A stretch of DNA of 64,000 bases, from the NCBI GenBank assembly GCA_963751405.1, contig CAVVUJ010000034.1:21957-85956 (forward strand), written 5' to 3'. Under the pieces are notes generated by a model. That model made no database searches, was not told the DNA's origin, and saw only the letters and a program-made list of their open reading frames with translations. Shown here one piece after another: positions 11,559 through 22,370 of this stretch. The stretch's first letter is position 1, and each line of letters opens with the position of its first letter. Both the position numbers and the translations under genes were made by a program. This DNA comes from an uncultured beta proteobacterium (lineage in GTDB: Bacteria > Pseudomonadota > Gammaproteobacteria > Burkholderiales > Casimicrobiaceae).

Positions 11559-12583
11559 CCGGGCCCCTGAAGGTCGGACTCACGCGCGACATCCTCGACT
11601 CGCGCGGCGTGCCGGCGTTCGGCACCGCGGCGCTCGCCATCCTCGACGGCGCACCCGGCATCCAATGGGAGTACCTGCCGGAAATCGTCGGGGAAATCAC
11701 CGCCGACCACGCCGCGCGCTACGACGCGCTGTACGTCAATCTGCCGCGGGTCCCGGCCACCACCGTGGCCCGCGCCGATTGCCGGTTGCGCGTCGTCGCG
11801 CGGCACGGTGTCGGCTACGACTCGGTCGATGTCGCGGCGATGACGCGCGCCGGCATCATCGTCACGCACACGCCGAGCTCGATGCCGCGCCCGGTGGCGA
11901 CCATCGCGCTGTCGTTCGTGCTGGCGCTCGCCGGCCGGCTGATGCTGAAGGACCGGCTCACGCGCACGGGTCGCTGGCACGAGCGGATGGACAACATGGG
12001 CATGGGCCTCACCGGACGCACGCTGGGCGTGGTCGGCGCGGGCCGCATCGGCAAGGAGCTGCTGCGCATGGCGCGGGCCTTCGACGTGAAGCTCCTCGCG
12101 GCCGATCCCTACGTCAACGCGATCGAGCTCAACTATATCGGCGCGCGCAAGGTCGGCCTCGACACGCTGCTCGCCGAATCGGACTTCGTCGTCGTGTGCT
12201 GTCTGCTGAACGATGAAACCCGTCACCTCATCGGAGCGCCACAGTTCGCCCGGATGCGGCCGACGGCGTACTTCGTCAACGTCGCGCGCGGCCCCATCGT
12301 CGACGAGGCTGCACTGATCGAAGCATTGCGCGCCGGGCGGATCCGCGGAGCGGCGCTCGACGTGTTCGAGCAGGAGCCCGTCGCGCGCGACAATCCGCTG
12401 CTGGCGATGGACCACGTGATCCTTACGCCGCATTCGCTGTGCTGGACCGACGAATGCTTTCACAACATGGCGTCCACCGGTCTCGCGAGCATCGTCGATG
12501 CGCTGGCCGGGCGCCGGCCGGAGTTCGTCGTCAACCCGGAGGTCCTCGCGCATCCGCGCGTGCGCGCCTGGACCCCGCGCTGA
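11555..12583 (+). CDS. D-isomer-specific 2-hydroxyacid dehydrogenase family protein
   Basis: Last 342 codons of tracked ORF 10859-12583, starting at MTGPLKVGL. The ATG at 11555 overlaps the upstream stop (ATGA). It has the NAD motif GVVGAGRIGKELLRMA, FVNVARGPIVDEAAL, GAALDVFEQEP and ILTPHS. Confidence 0.85.
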   Translation: MTGPLKVGLTRDILDSRGVPAFGTAALAILDGAPGIQWEYLPEIVGEITADHAARYDALYVNLPRVPATTVARADCRLRVVARHGVGYDSVDVAAMTRAGIIVTHTPSSMPRPVATIALSFVLALAGRLMLKDRLTRTGRWHERMDNMGMGLTGRTLGVVGAGRIGKELLRMARAFDVKLLAADPYVNAIELNYIGARKVGLDTLLAESDFVVVCCLLNDETRHLIGAPQFARMRPTAYFVNVARGPIVDEAALIEALRAGRIRGAALDVFEQEPVARDNPLLAMDHVILTPHSLCWTDECFHNMASTGLASIVDALAGRRPEFVVNPEVLAHPRVRAWTPR

Positions 12584-13245
12584 CCGCGCGCCGTCGCGGG
12601 AAAAGTAGCGGTCTGACCGCTACTTGTCTCGCCGACGATATCGGCGCCCTTCGGCGGAACGAAGCGGAATTGCGCGGCGTCCTGCGCCGAATTCCGGTCG
12701 AACGGCCCGAACGTGAGCGTCGTGACGTTGCCGAACGTGTCCTTGAGCTCCATGACTCGCGGCAGGTTGCCGGCGAAGCCGATGCGCACGCGCTCGAATC
12801 CCGTGTCCGATGTCCGGGGCTTCGCCTCGACGAAGTCAACGCCATCCCGGGTGCCGGCATCGGTCAGGTCGAAATTGGCCTCGAGCGCGCTGTCCCCGGC
12901 CAGGAGCGCCGCCGGCGTCGAGCCGAGCGCGCGGTCGAGCTTGCGCACGATCACCTGATTGAGATCGCGGTCGTAGATCCAGAGCCGATCGCCGTCGCCG
13001 ACGATCAGCTGCTCGTACGGCGTTTCGTAGGCCCAGCGGAATTTTCCGGGCCGCTGGAACGAGAACGTTCCGGTCGACTCCCGGGTCTCCTGCCGTCCCT
13101 TGGCCGCGACGGCCTGCCGGAACGTCACCTTGCCGCTCTTCGTCGTCGCATGGAACGCCTTCAGCTGGGCGAGCCCGTCGGCCGGCGCGGCAGTAGCCAC
13201 GGCCGCGGCGAGCGCGCCGAGCAGCGCGGCGGCCACCCATTTCAC
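12460..13245 (-). CDS. lolA: Outer-membrane lipoprotein carrier protein LolA (3' end of tracked ORF probably artefactual)
   Basis: [32 protein letters not shown]...[38 protein letters not shown]...[12 protein letters not shown] is the LolA pattern and lies upstream of ftsK. The tracked ORF then reads through the terminator hairpin and 120 nt into the convergent gene. The true stop is probably the out-of-frame TAG at ~12607-12609, which would imply a 1-nt indel. Confidence 0.8.
   Translation of the reverse strand: MKWVAAALLGALAAAVATAAPADGLAQLKAFHATTKSGKVTFRQAVAAKGRQETRESTGTFSFQRPGKFRWAYETPYEQLIVGDGDRLWIYDRDLNQVIVRKLDRALGSTPAALLAGDSALEANFDLTDAGTRDGVDFVEAKPRTSDTGFERVRIGFAGNLPRVMELKDTFGNVTTLTFGPFDRNSAQDAAQFRFVPPKGADIVGETSSGQTATFPATARGQRGVQARTRGCARTSGLTTNSGRRPASASTMLARPVDAML
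12597..12624 (-). terminator. Intrinsic terminator between convergent lolA and the dehydrogenase gene
   Basis: Perfect 9-bp stem AGTAGCGGT-ctg-ACCGCTACT (12604-12624), followed on the minus strand by TTTTCCC. Confidence 0.65.
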
Positions 13246-15557
13246 GCCCCGTCTCCCTTCGTTCCCGGGACGAGCACTTCGCGATTGCCGTTGGTCTGCA
13301 TCGGCGACACCAGGCCCGCCCGCTCCATCTGCTCGATGAGCCGGGCGGCGCGGTTGTAGCCGATGCGCAGATGGCGCTGAACGAGCGATATCGACGGCCG
13401 GCGCGTCTGCAGCACCAGCGCCACGGCCTGGTCGTACATCGGGTCGGACTCCGCATCGGCGCCTTCCACGGCGACGCCCTCGTCGCCATCGCCACCGGCG
13501 CTGCCCTCCAGAATGCCGTCCAGATACTGCGGCCCTCCCTGCGCCTTCAGGTGCTCGACGACCTTGTGCACTTCGGCGTCCGACACGAACGCGCCGTGCA
13601 CGCGCAGCGGGTAGCCGACGCCGGGCGGCTGATAGAGCATGTCGCCCTGCCCCAGCAGCGCTTCCGCGCCCATGTGGTCGAGGATCGTGCGCGAATCGAC
13701 CTTGCTCGCCACCTGGAACGCGATGCGCGAGGGAATGTTGGCCTTGATGAGGCCCGTGATCACGTCCACCGACGGACGCTGCGTGGCCAGGATCAGGTGG
13801 ATGCCGGCCGCGCGCGCCTTCTGCGCAATGCGCGCGATCAGCTCCTCGATCTTCTTGCCGGTCACCATCATCATGTCGGCGAGCTCGTCGATCACGACGA
13901 CGATGAACGGCATCTCCTCGATCGGCTCCGGCGCGTCAGGCGTCAGCGAAAACGGATTGGTCAGCGGCTTGCCCGCCTTCTTCGCCTCGGCGACCTTCGC
14001 GTTGTACCCGCCGAGGTTGCGCACGCCGAGGGTCGACATCAGCCGGTAACGGCGTTCCATTTCGCCGACGCACCAGTTGAGCGCGTTGCCGGCGAGCTTC
14101 ATGTCGGTGACGACCGGCGCCAGCAGGTGCGGGATGCCCTCGTAGACCGAGAGCTCGAGCATTTTCGGGTCGACCAGGATCATCCGTACCTGCCGCGGCT
14201 CGGCCTTGTACAGCAGCGACAGGATCATCGCGTTGACCGCGACCGACTTGCCGGAGCCGGTCGTGCCGGCGACGAGCAGATGCGGCATCCTGGCCAGATC
14301 GGCGATCACTGCCTTGCCCGCGATGTCCTTGCCCAGCGCCAGCGTCAACCGGCTCGCATTGTCGTTGTACGTCGCCGACGACAGGATCTCGATGAGCTTC
14401 ACGATCTGCCGCTTCGGGTTGGGCAGCTCGAGTCCCATGCACGACTTGCCCGGAATCGTTTCGACGACGCGGATCGAGATCACCGAGAGAGCGCGCGCGA
14501 GATCCTTCACCAGATTCACGATCTGCGCGCCCTTGACGCCGACCGCCGGCTCGACCTCGTAGCGGGTGATCACCGGCCCTGGATAGGCGGCCAGCACCCG
14601 CACCGCGACGCCGAAATCGGCGAGCTTGCGCTCGATCAGACGCGAGGTGAATTCGAGCGTGTCGGCGCTCACCGTCTCCTGCGCCGTCGGCGCGTCGTCG
14701 AGCAGCGCGAGCGGCGGCAGCGGGGAGTCCGGCAGATCGAGGAAGAGCGGCCGCTGCTTTTCCTTCACGACGCGATCGGACTTCGGCACCTCGACCACCT
14801 GCGGCACCACGAGCACCGGCTCGCGCAGGACGACCTCGTGCTTCGCCTGCACGACGGCCTCGCGCACCGCGAGCGCCTGCGCGCCGAGTTCGCGGTCACG
14901 GCGCTCCTCCGCCCGGCGCCTGAGCCACACGACAGCGCGCTCGAGCCAGGTGCCGATGCGCTCCATCAGCTTCAGCCACGACATCCCGAAGAACAGCGAC
15001 GAACCCGCGGCGAACAGCGCCAGCAGCAGCAGCGTCGCGCCGTTGAATCCCAGGAGCTTCGACAGCCCGCGCCCGAGGATTTCACCCAGCGCGCCGCCGG
15101 CCGCCTGCGGGAGCGTCACCGGCAGGTTGTACAACCGCAGCGCCTCCAGCGCGGCGCTCGACAGCAACACGACGGCGAACCCCAGCGCGCCGAGCGAGAG
15201 CGGGTGGTCCGTTTCGAGCTCGGGCTGTCCGATGCGGCGATATCCGGCGAGGACCAGGACCACGCCCGCGACGACCCACCACCAGGCCGATATGCCGAAG
15301 AGATAGAGCAGCAGATCGGCAAGCCAGGCACCCACCAGGCCGCCGCGATTCGCGATCGGAGCGCCGACGCCCGAGAACGACCAGCCGGGATCGGTCTTCG
15401 CATAAGTCGCCAGGATCAGCGCCAGCCAGACGAATGCCGCGACGACGAGGAGCCACCAGGATTCGCGGACGAGCCGCGCAAAGCGCGGCGACAACGACGG
15501 GGCCGAACCGGTCGCGGCGCGGCGCCGGGGGCTCGTTTCTTTCTTATTGAAAAACAT
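13242..15557 (-). CDS. ftsK: DNA translocase FtsK
   Basis: 771-aa ORF with N-terminal TM helices, the motor domain [24 protein letters not shown] and [12 protein letters not shown], and a C-terminal gamma winged helix ([23 protein letters not shown]). Confidence 0.95.
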   Translation of the reverse strand: MFFNKKETSPRRRAATGSAPSLSPRFARLVRESWWLLVVAAFVWLALILATYAKTDPGWSFSGVGAPIANRGGLVGAWLADLLLYLFGISAWWWVVAGVVLVLAGYRRIGQPELETDHPLSLGALGFAVVLLSSAALEALRLYNLPVTLPQAAGGALGEILGRGLSKLLGFNGATLLLLALFAAGSSLFFGMSWLKLMERIGTWLERAVVWLRRRAEERRDRELGAQALAVREAVVQAKHEVVLREPVLVVPQVVEVPKSDRVVKEKQRPLFLDLPDSPLPPLALLDDAPTAQETVSADTLEFTSRLIERKLADFGVAVRVLAAYPGPVITRYEVEPAVGVKGAQIVNLVKDLARALSVISIRVVETIPGKSCMGLELPNPKRQIVKLIEILSSATYNDNASRLTLALGKDIAGKAVIADLARMPHLLVAGTTGSGKSVAVNAMILSLLYKAEPRQVRMILVDPKMLELSVYEGIPHLLAPVVTDMKLAGNALNWCVGEMERRYRLMSTLGVRNLGGYNAKVAEAKKAGKPLTNPFSLTPDAPEPIEEMPFIVVVIDELADMMMVTGKKIEELIARIAQKARAAGIHLILATQRPSVDVITGLIKANIPSRIAFQVASKVDSRTILDHMGAEALLGQGDMLYQPPGVGYPLRVHGAFVSDAEVHKVVEHLKAQGGPQYLDGILEGSAGGDGDEGVAVEGADAESDPMYDQAVALVLQTRRPSISLVQRHLRIGYNRAARLIEQMERAGLVSPMQTNGNREVLVPGTKGDGA

Positions 15558-15573
15558 GGATTTGCGGCGCTGA

Positions 15574-16731
<1,158 letters not shown>

Positions 16732-16765
16732 CCGTTGCCCCGACGGGCCGGCGGCGAATGGCGCA

Positions 16766-17437
16766 ATGGCGAAACTGGCTGATCTGAAGAAGCTTGTCGA
16801 TGCGGCACGCGGCGGCGTGGCGTCGTCGAAACCGGGGCCGGCCGCGGGATCGACGGTGGTCCCACGTGCGGCAAAACCCTCGCCAGCGGCGATCCCGCGG
16901 GCGAGCGACGACATCGATCTCGCACAGGCCTTCGCCGACGTGCAGCGACTGGCACCCAGCACCCGCGCCAGCAACGCACCACCGCGGCCCGCGCCGATTC
17001 CGCTGCAGCGCCTCGCCGACGATGCCGATGCGCTGACGGCCTCCAAGTACGGCGCCGAGCGCGCCCCCGAGGACTGGGACGTCGGTCAGGAACACGAAGC
17101 CGAGCAGACGTTCCTGCGCCGCGGGCTCGCCAACGACATCCTGAAGAAGCTGCGCCGCGGCGAATGGTCGGTGCAGGCCGAGATCGACCTGCACGGCCAC
17201 CGGATCGACGAGGCCCACGACGCGCTATCCGACTTCATCGTCGACGCGCGGGCGCGCGGCTATCGCTGCGTGCGGGCGATCCACGGCAAGGGGCTCACGT
17301 CGCCCAACCGGGAGCCGGTCCTCAAGGGCCGGGTGCGGCGATGGCTCGCCCATTGGGACGAGGTGCTCGCGTACTGCGAGGCGGCGCCCAACGCCGGTGG
17401 CGGCGGCGCGGTGCTGATCCTGCTGCGCGGCAAGTGA
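16766..17437 (+). CDS. Smr/MutS2-type small endonuclease domain protein
   Basis: 223-aa ORF. The C-terminal Smr domain is IDLHGHRIDEAHDALSDFIVDARARGYRCVRAIHGKGLTSP...LKGRVRRWL. Confidence 0.75.
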   Translation: MAKLADLKKLVDAARGGVASSKPGPAAGSTVVPRAAKPSPAAIPRASDDIDLAQAFADVQRLAPSTRASNAPPRPAPIPLQRLADDADALTASKYGAERAPEDWDVGQEHEAEQTFLRRGLANDILKKLRRGEWSVQAEIDLHGHRIDEAHDALSDFIVDARARGYRCVRAIHGKGLTSPNREPVLKGRVRRWLAHWDEVLAYCEAAPNAGGGGAVLILLRGK

Positions 17438-17480
17438 TCCGCCGCCAATGCCGCCCGGGCTTCGACCGCGGTCCCTGCGT

Positions 17481-18296
17481 CTACAGAACACGATGCGCGA
17501 GCGCCGGGAGTTCCGCGCGCACGGCCTTGATCCGCGCCGGATCGACGTCGCCGACGACGATGCCGGGACCCTGATCGCGTTCGGCGACGATGGCTCCCCA
17601 GGGATCGATCAACATCGAGTGACCGTAGGTGCGCCGCCCGCCCGGATGCTCGCCACCCTGCGCGGCCGCGAGCACGTAACATTGATTCTCGACGGCGCGC
17701 GCACGCAGCAGCAGATGCCAGTGCGCCGCGCCGGTCGTCGCGGTGAATGCCGCGGGCACGAGGATCAGCGCGAGCGTCCCCATGCGGCGATAGAGCTCCG
17801 GAAAGCGCAGGTCGTAGCAGATGGACAGTCCGACAGGGCCGCACGGCAGGTCGACGGTCACCACTTCGGTGCCCGGCTCGATGGTCTTGCCTTCGTCGTA
17901 GCGCTCATCCCCGCGCGCGAACGCGAACAGGTGGATCTTGTCGTAGCGCGCGACGCGCTGCCCGTCGGGGCCATACATCAGGCACGCGCTGCGCACGCGC
18001 GCCGGATCGGCGCTCGCCAGCGGCACGGTGCCGCCGACGAGCCAGATCCCGTGGACCCTGGCGAGTCGCGCCAGAAACGCCTGCTGCACACCGCTGCCCT
18101 CGGTCTCCCGGACGGCGAGCTTGTCGGTCGCCTGCGCGCCGAAAATGCCGAAATATTCGGGTAGAACCACGAGCCGCGCGCCCTCGGCCGCCGCTTGCCC
18201 GATCAGCGGCTCCGCCTGCGCCAGATTCGCCGCGACGTCGCCACCGGCTACGGTCTGCACGGCGGCAACGCGCATGCGCTCACCGTATTCCTTCAT
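17481..18296 (-). CDS. Carbon-nitrogen hydrolase (nitrilase superfamily) protein
   Basis: Last 271 codons of tracked ORF 17481-19838, from MKEYGERMRVAAVQ. It has the E-K-C triad context (VVLPEYF, YDKIHLF, GLSICYDLRFPELYR). The ATG at 18296 overlaps the yhdP stop (ATGA). Confidence 0.85.
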   Translation of the reverse strand: MKEYGERMRVAAVQTVAGGDVAANLAQAEPLIGQAAAEGARLVVLPEYFGIFGAQATDKLAVRETEGSGVQQAFLARLARVHGIWLVGGTVPLASADPARVRSACLMYGPDGQRVARYDKIHLFAFARGDERYDEGKTIEPGTEVVTVDLPCGPVGLSICYDLRFPELYRRMGTLALILVPAAFTATTGAAHWHLLLRARAVENQCYVLAAAQGGEHPGGRRTYGHSMLIDPWGAIVAERDQGPGIVVGDVDPARIKAVRAELPALAHRVL

Positions 18297-21200
18297 CGCG
18301 CCGCTCCAGGGGTTGACAGCGCGCCCGCACCCGGGGCGGCGCTCGCATTCTCTCCGGCATTCTTGGTGACGACCGGGTCGGACCAGCTGCCGGTCACCGT
18401 GTACTCGTAGCGGAACATCTTTTCGACCGGATCCTGCAGAATGGCCTGCGCGACCAGCGAGCCGGCGCCCACCGCTGCGCCGAGCAACGGGTTGGCGAGA
18501 AACAGCAACGCGGCCCCGGCCGAAACGCTGGACGACAGCGCCGGCTGCACGCGCACGTTGAGACGCTGCGTTTCCTTCGCCAGATCGGCATCGCCCGAGA
18601 TGTCGACTTTGGCCGACGGGCCGACGAGCTTGAGGTCGGACGTGGTCATGACGCCGCCGGCGATCCGCACGTTGCCGGTGATTTCGTCGAACGCCAGCCC
18701 ATCGCTGAAGACATCGCTGTAGTCGAGCGTGATGCGTCGCGGCAGCGCCTGCAGCGACAGCACGCCCAGCAGCTTGCCGGGACCCGGCTCGAGCTTGGTG
18801 AACCGGCCCGGGCCGACGTGAATGCCGAACATCCCGGAGAGCGTCGCGAAATCGAACTCGTGCGGCGCGCCCGACCAGGAGAGCTGACCGTCGATCTTCG
18901 TCGGCGCGCCGATCAATGCCTCCGCATAGCCGTACCGCGCCAGAAAGGCGCCGGAATCCTTGGTATGGAGCGTCACATCGAGCCGGGTCTGCTGCGGCCG
19001 GGCACCCATGCGCCACGCCCCGCTCGCATCGAGGCGGCCGGAATCGTTCGTCAGTCGCAGCCGTTCGATCTGCCATTCGGTGCCGCGCGGCTGCGCGACG
19101 AATTCCAGCCGGCCGAGATCGCGGTCCTTCGATATCAGCGTGTCCGCCGCGAGATCGATTTCCGGCCACGGGCTGGCCGCCGGCGCATCCGTCTGCCGTT
19201 CGCTGCCACCCTCCCCGGCGTCGCCGCTGCGACTGGTCGTGGGACTGCCGCGCCCGGGAATCGCGAGCCGGGATAACCGCGCCACGATCCGCCCGCCCGG
19301 CGCACCGGCGCCGGGTGCGGACCACGTCGCGGTCCCCGCGACCTCGGCGCCGTCGAGATCGAAGGACCATCCGCCGGGGGACTCGCGCATCCGCAGCTTG
19401 AGATCGGTGAACTTCGCGCCCAGTGCATCGAACTCGCGGACGTCGAAGTCGGCCCCGGCGAGAATGAGCCCGGGATCCTGTCGTCCCGTTCCGGAGGAGG
19501 TTTCCCGCGGCAGCAACGCGATCCACGCGTCGGCCCTGAGCACCGGCAGCTCGCCGCGTAGCCAGAGCCCAGGCCGCTCGGCGCGGGCCGCGTCGGGCCG
19601 TTCGATCGCCCGGCCCAGCGAGAGCAACGCGCGATCGATCACCGCGTTGGCGCCGTCCTGCTTCCGCTGCGCGACGAACTGCGCGACGCGGCCATACGAC
19701 GCGATGATCAGATCCGTTCCCGGCGGGCTGGCTTCGTCGCGCCCCTCGATCCGCAGCGGCATCTCCTCGCCGGCGCTCTTGCCGAGCGGCGCGGGCAAAT
19801 CGACGGCCGCGCCCTTCATCGTGCTCTCGAACACCCACCCCAGCGTGCCCGGAGCGAGCACGTTCACGTTGATCGACCAGTCGATGCGGCCCGCAACCCG
19901 ATCGAGAATGGCGTTGCCGTACTCGCGCTGCAGCGCGGCCAGACCCGCCGTTCCGGTACCGCTCACGCGCGTCTGTCCGTCGGCGCCGGCGAACGTGAGC
20001 TTCGCGGGTCCGCCCAGGATCTCCGCGGCGACGTCGCGTGCGCTAACGTCGCGTTCGCTGAACGAGAGCTTGCCATTGACCTTGGTCAGCGCCGGCACGC
20101 CGGCCATCCGCAACTGCGCGTCGGACAGCGTGTACTCGCCCGCAAACCTTATGTCGTCGGGCCGTCCGAGCGGGAGCTCGATCTTCAAAGCCAGGCGTCC
20201 GTCACCCGATGCTTCGAGGGAGCTCGTGATCGTTCCCGTTCGCGCCGCAACCGGACTTCCGTTCACGTACCGGAGGAAGCCCGCGAGCGGTCCCGTTGCT
20301 TCGCCGCCGATCCGCAGCAGCGGGTGATCCAGCGCGAGGTCGGAAATCTCGACGCGCGTCCTGCCGATATCGACACCGTGAACGCGGCCCCGCGCAGCGT
20401 CGACCGTCAGGCGCGTTCCCTCGATCCGCACATTGGCATCGATGGCATCGATCGGCGGCCATCCGTCCGCGTAGGCGAGTGTCACGCCTTTCGCCTTCGT
20501 GTCGAGCAGCAGTTTGCCGCCCTTGCCGTTCGGGAAAGGAAACTCGGCAAGGTTGCCGGCAAGCGTGAAGCGCGTTTCGGCAGCCGTGCCGCCAATGAGC
20601 GCGTCGCGCAGCCAGTCGCGGGTGGCAGGGTCGATCGACCGCGGCAGGTAGCGGTGAATCTGCCGGGCGTCGCCGCGCGCAGCACGCGCCACCATGTCGA
20701 TCTCGCCCGGCCCGCGCGCCAGCGTGCGGTAGGTTCCCGTCACATCGCCCGCCACGTCGGCGTTGGCGATTTCGAGCCGCTCCAGGCGGACCGTCGTCCG
20801 GCCTTCGCGGCGCTCCCATTTCACGAGGCCCTCCAGGGAGTCGAACGCGACGGGACCGTGCAGGATGCGCGGCAGATCGAGCGTGGCGTTCGCGCTGGAG
20901 ATCCTGAGCTCGCCGCCCTCGTGCGTGGCATCGAACCGGCCGGTGAGACCGCTCGCCCCGGGAAAGGCGTCCTGCGCGATGATACCCAGCTGCCCGAATT
21001 CCGCCGCCGCCGCGTAGGACCGCAGCGAGTCGGCGGGCCCCTCCCAGCGCAAGCGACCGTGCGTCAGTGTCCCGCGCGGCGCGAAACGGGCGAGGTCCGT
21101 GCGCATCCGGTCCGGCAGCGGCAGATGGGCCGCCAGCGCAACGAGCGGCCCGAGCTGCAGCTGGTCGAATTCGAGCTCTCCCGAGGCCGGGCGATCACCC

Positions 21201-22261
21201 GTGCCTTCCCGCAGGGTGATCTTGAACTGGACCGGGTCGAGACGCTCGCCGGTCATCGTGGTGAACGCCAGCGCGCGGGCAAACACTTCGCGCTGCGCGC
21301 CGGACTGCCGGGTGCCGACGCGTCCCGACAGATGCGCGAGCTCGATTGCGGGCAGGCCGTCCGCCAGCGTCGCCTTCACGTCGGCCAGCTCGACGTCGGC
21401 AACGATCTCCGTTGCCTCCTGCCGCGCGAACTGGAACCAGATGCGCATCGCCCCGGTTCCGGTCCCGATCTCCGGGGGCAGCGGCAGCCATTCCCGCCAC
21501 GCCGCGACGTCCGCGTAGTCGAGGCGCACGAACAGCCGCCCCTGCGCGTTCTGCCAATCCTTCATCGACGCGAACACCAGATCGCCGCGCAGATCCAGCG
21601 GCGCTGCGAGCTCCGACGGCGGTGTGCCCTTCAATCCGAACCGATGGTGCCCGAAGCGGTTTTCCAGGCGCACCTGAACCCGGTCGAGCACGAGCTGCGG
21701 CGCGTTGCGCAGATCGTCGTCCCACAGGATCAGCGCGTCGCGGATGACGATCTCGCGCTGGCGCAGTATCCAGTCGGTGAACGGCACGTCGCCAGTCACC
21801 TGCTCCGGATCGACCTCTATCCCGGCGATCCGCAGCACGCCGGAACGATCGCGGCGGATCGCCAGCCGCGGGCCCTCGATGTTGAGCTCCTTGAGGGTGA
21901 GCTCGAAGAGCGGCAACGACGTCCAGGAGACGATCATCTCGACTTTGGGCAGCGAGAGAAGGGGCGTCGCCCCCGCGCGAGCGCGATCCAGCACGCGCAA
22001 CCCCTCGACCACAAGCTTGGGGTTCCAGCCGTCCCAACCCGTGGTGAGCACCGCGATTTCGACGGGGTGGCCCAGCTGCCGCGACAGCATGCCGGCAAGC
22101 GGGTCCCGATAGGATTCGATCTGCGGGAAGACGACGAAGCGGACGGCGAGCAGAACGAGCGCGAACGCCGCGAATCCGACGACCACGGCCGTCCGGACGA
22201 AGCCGAACAACGCAAGGAAGACCGCGCGGGGAACGCGGAGAAAGGCGCGCGGTGAAGGCAT
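18293..22261 (-). CDS. yhdP: YhdP family (AsmA-like, DUF3971) large envelope protein
   Basis: 1322-aa uninterrupted ORF with one N-terminal TM segment (AVFLALFGFVRTAVVVGFAAFALVLLAV) and a long beta-rich body. Its position between glnE (divergent) and the nitrilase-like gene is typical for the TIGR02099/YhdP family in beta/gamma-proteobacteria. Confidence 0.75.
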   Translation of the reverse strand: MPSPRAFLRVPRAVFLALFGFVRTAVVVGFAAFALVLLAVRFVVFPQIESYRDPLAGMLSRQLGHPVEIAVLTTGWDGWNPKLVVEGLRVLDRARAGATPLLSLPKVEMIVSWTSLPLFELTLKELNIEGPRLAIRRDRSGVLRIAGIEVDPEQVTGDVPFTDWILRQREIVIRDALILWDDDLRNAPQLVLDRVQVRLENRFGHHRFGLKGTPPSELAAPLDLRGDLVFASMKDWQNAQGRLFVRLDYADVAAWREWLPLPPEIGTGTGAMRIWFQFARQEATEIVADVELADVKATLADGLPAIELAHLSGRVGTRQSGAQREVFARALAFTTMTGERLDPVQFKITLREGTGDRPASGELEFDQLQLGPLVALAAHLPLPDRMRTDLARFAPRGTLTHGRLRWEGPADSLRSYAAAAEFGQLGIIAQDAFPGASGLTGRFDATHEGGELRISSANATLDLPRILHGPVAFDSLEGLVKWERREGRTTVRLERLEIANADVAGDVTGTYRTLARGPGEIDMVARAARGDARQIHRYLPRSIDPATRDWLRDALIGGTAAETRFTLAGNLAEFPFPNGKGGKLLLDTKAKGVTLAYADGWPPIDAIDANVRIEGTRLTVDAARGRVHGVDIGRTRVEISDLALDHPLLRIGGEATGPLAGFLRYVNGSPVAARTGTITSSLEASGDGRLALKIELPLGRPDDIRFAGEYTLSDAQLRMAGVPALTKVNGKLSFSERDVSARDVAAEILGGPAKLTFAGADGQTRVSGTGTAGLAALQREYGNAILDRVAGRIDWSINVNVLAPGTLGWVFESTMKGAAVDLPAPLGKSAGEEMPLRIEGRDEASPPGTDLIIASYGRVAQFVAQRKQDGANAVIDRALLSLGRAIERPDAARAERPGLWLRGELPVLRADAWIALLPRETSSGTGRQDPGLILAGADFDVREFDALGAKFTDLKLRMRESPGGWSFDLDGAEVAGTATWSAPGAGAPGGRIVARLSRLAIPGRGSPTTSRSGDAGEGGSERQTDAPAASPWPEIDLAADTLISKDRDLGRLEFVAQPRGTEWQIERLRLTNDSGRLDASGAWRMGARPQQTRLDVTLHTKDSGAFLARYGYAEALIGAPTKIDGQLSWSGAPHEFDFATLSGMFGIHVGPGRFTKLEPGPGKLLGVLSLQALPRRITLDYSDVFSDGLAFDEITGNVRIAGGVMTTSDLKLVGPSAKVDISGDADLAKETQRLNVRVQPALSSSVSAGAALLFLANPLLGAAVGAGSLVAQAILQDPVEKMFRYEYTVTGSWSDPVVTKNAGENASAAPGAGALSTPGAAR

Positions 22262-22370
22262 AATGGAGGCGCAGGCCCATTGTAACGGAAGTGCGCCGCG
22301 AATCCGGCGCCTGCCCGTTGCGCGCAGACCCGGATGTCGGCCCGGTCAAATCGCCCTACCCGCCCGTTCC

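Noticed and set aside
17481-19838. A 785-aa ORF.
   Set aside because: Only the last 271 codons are real (the nitrilase-family protein). The upstream part is an alternate frame of yhdP.
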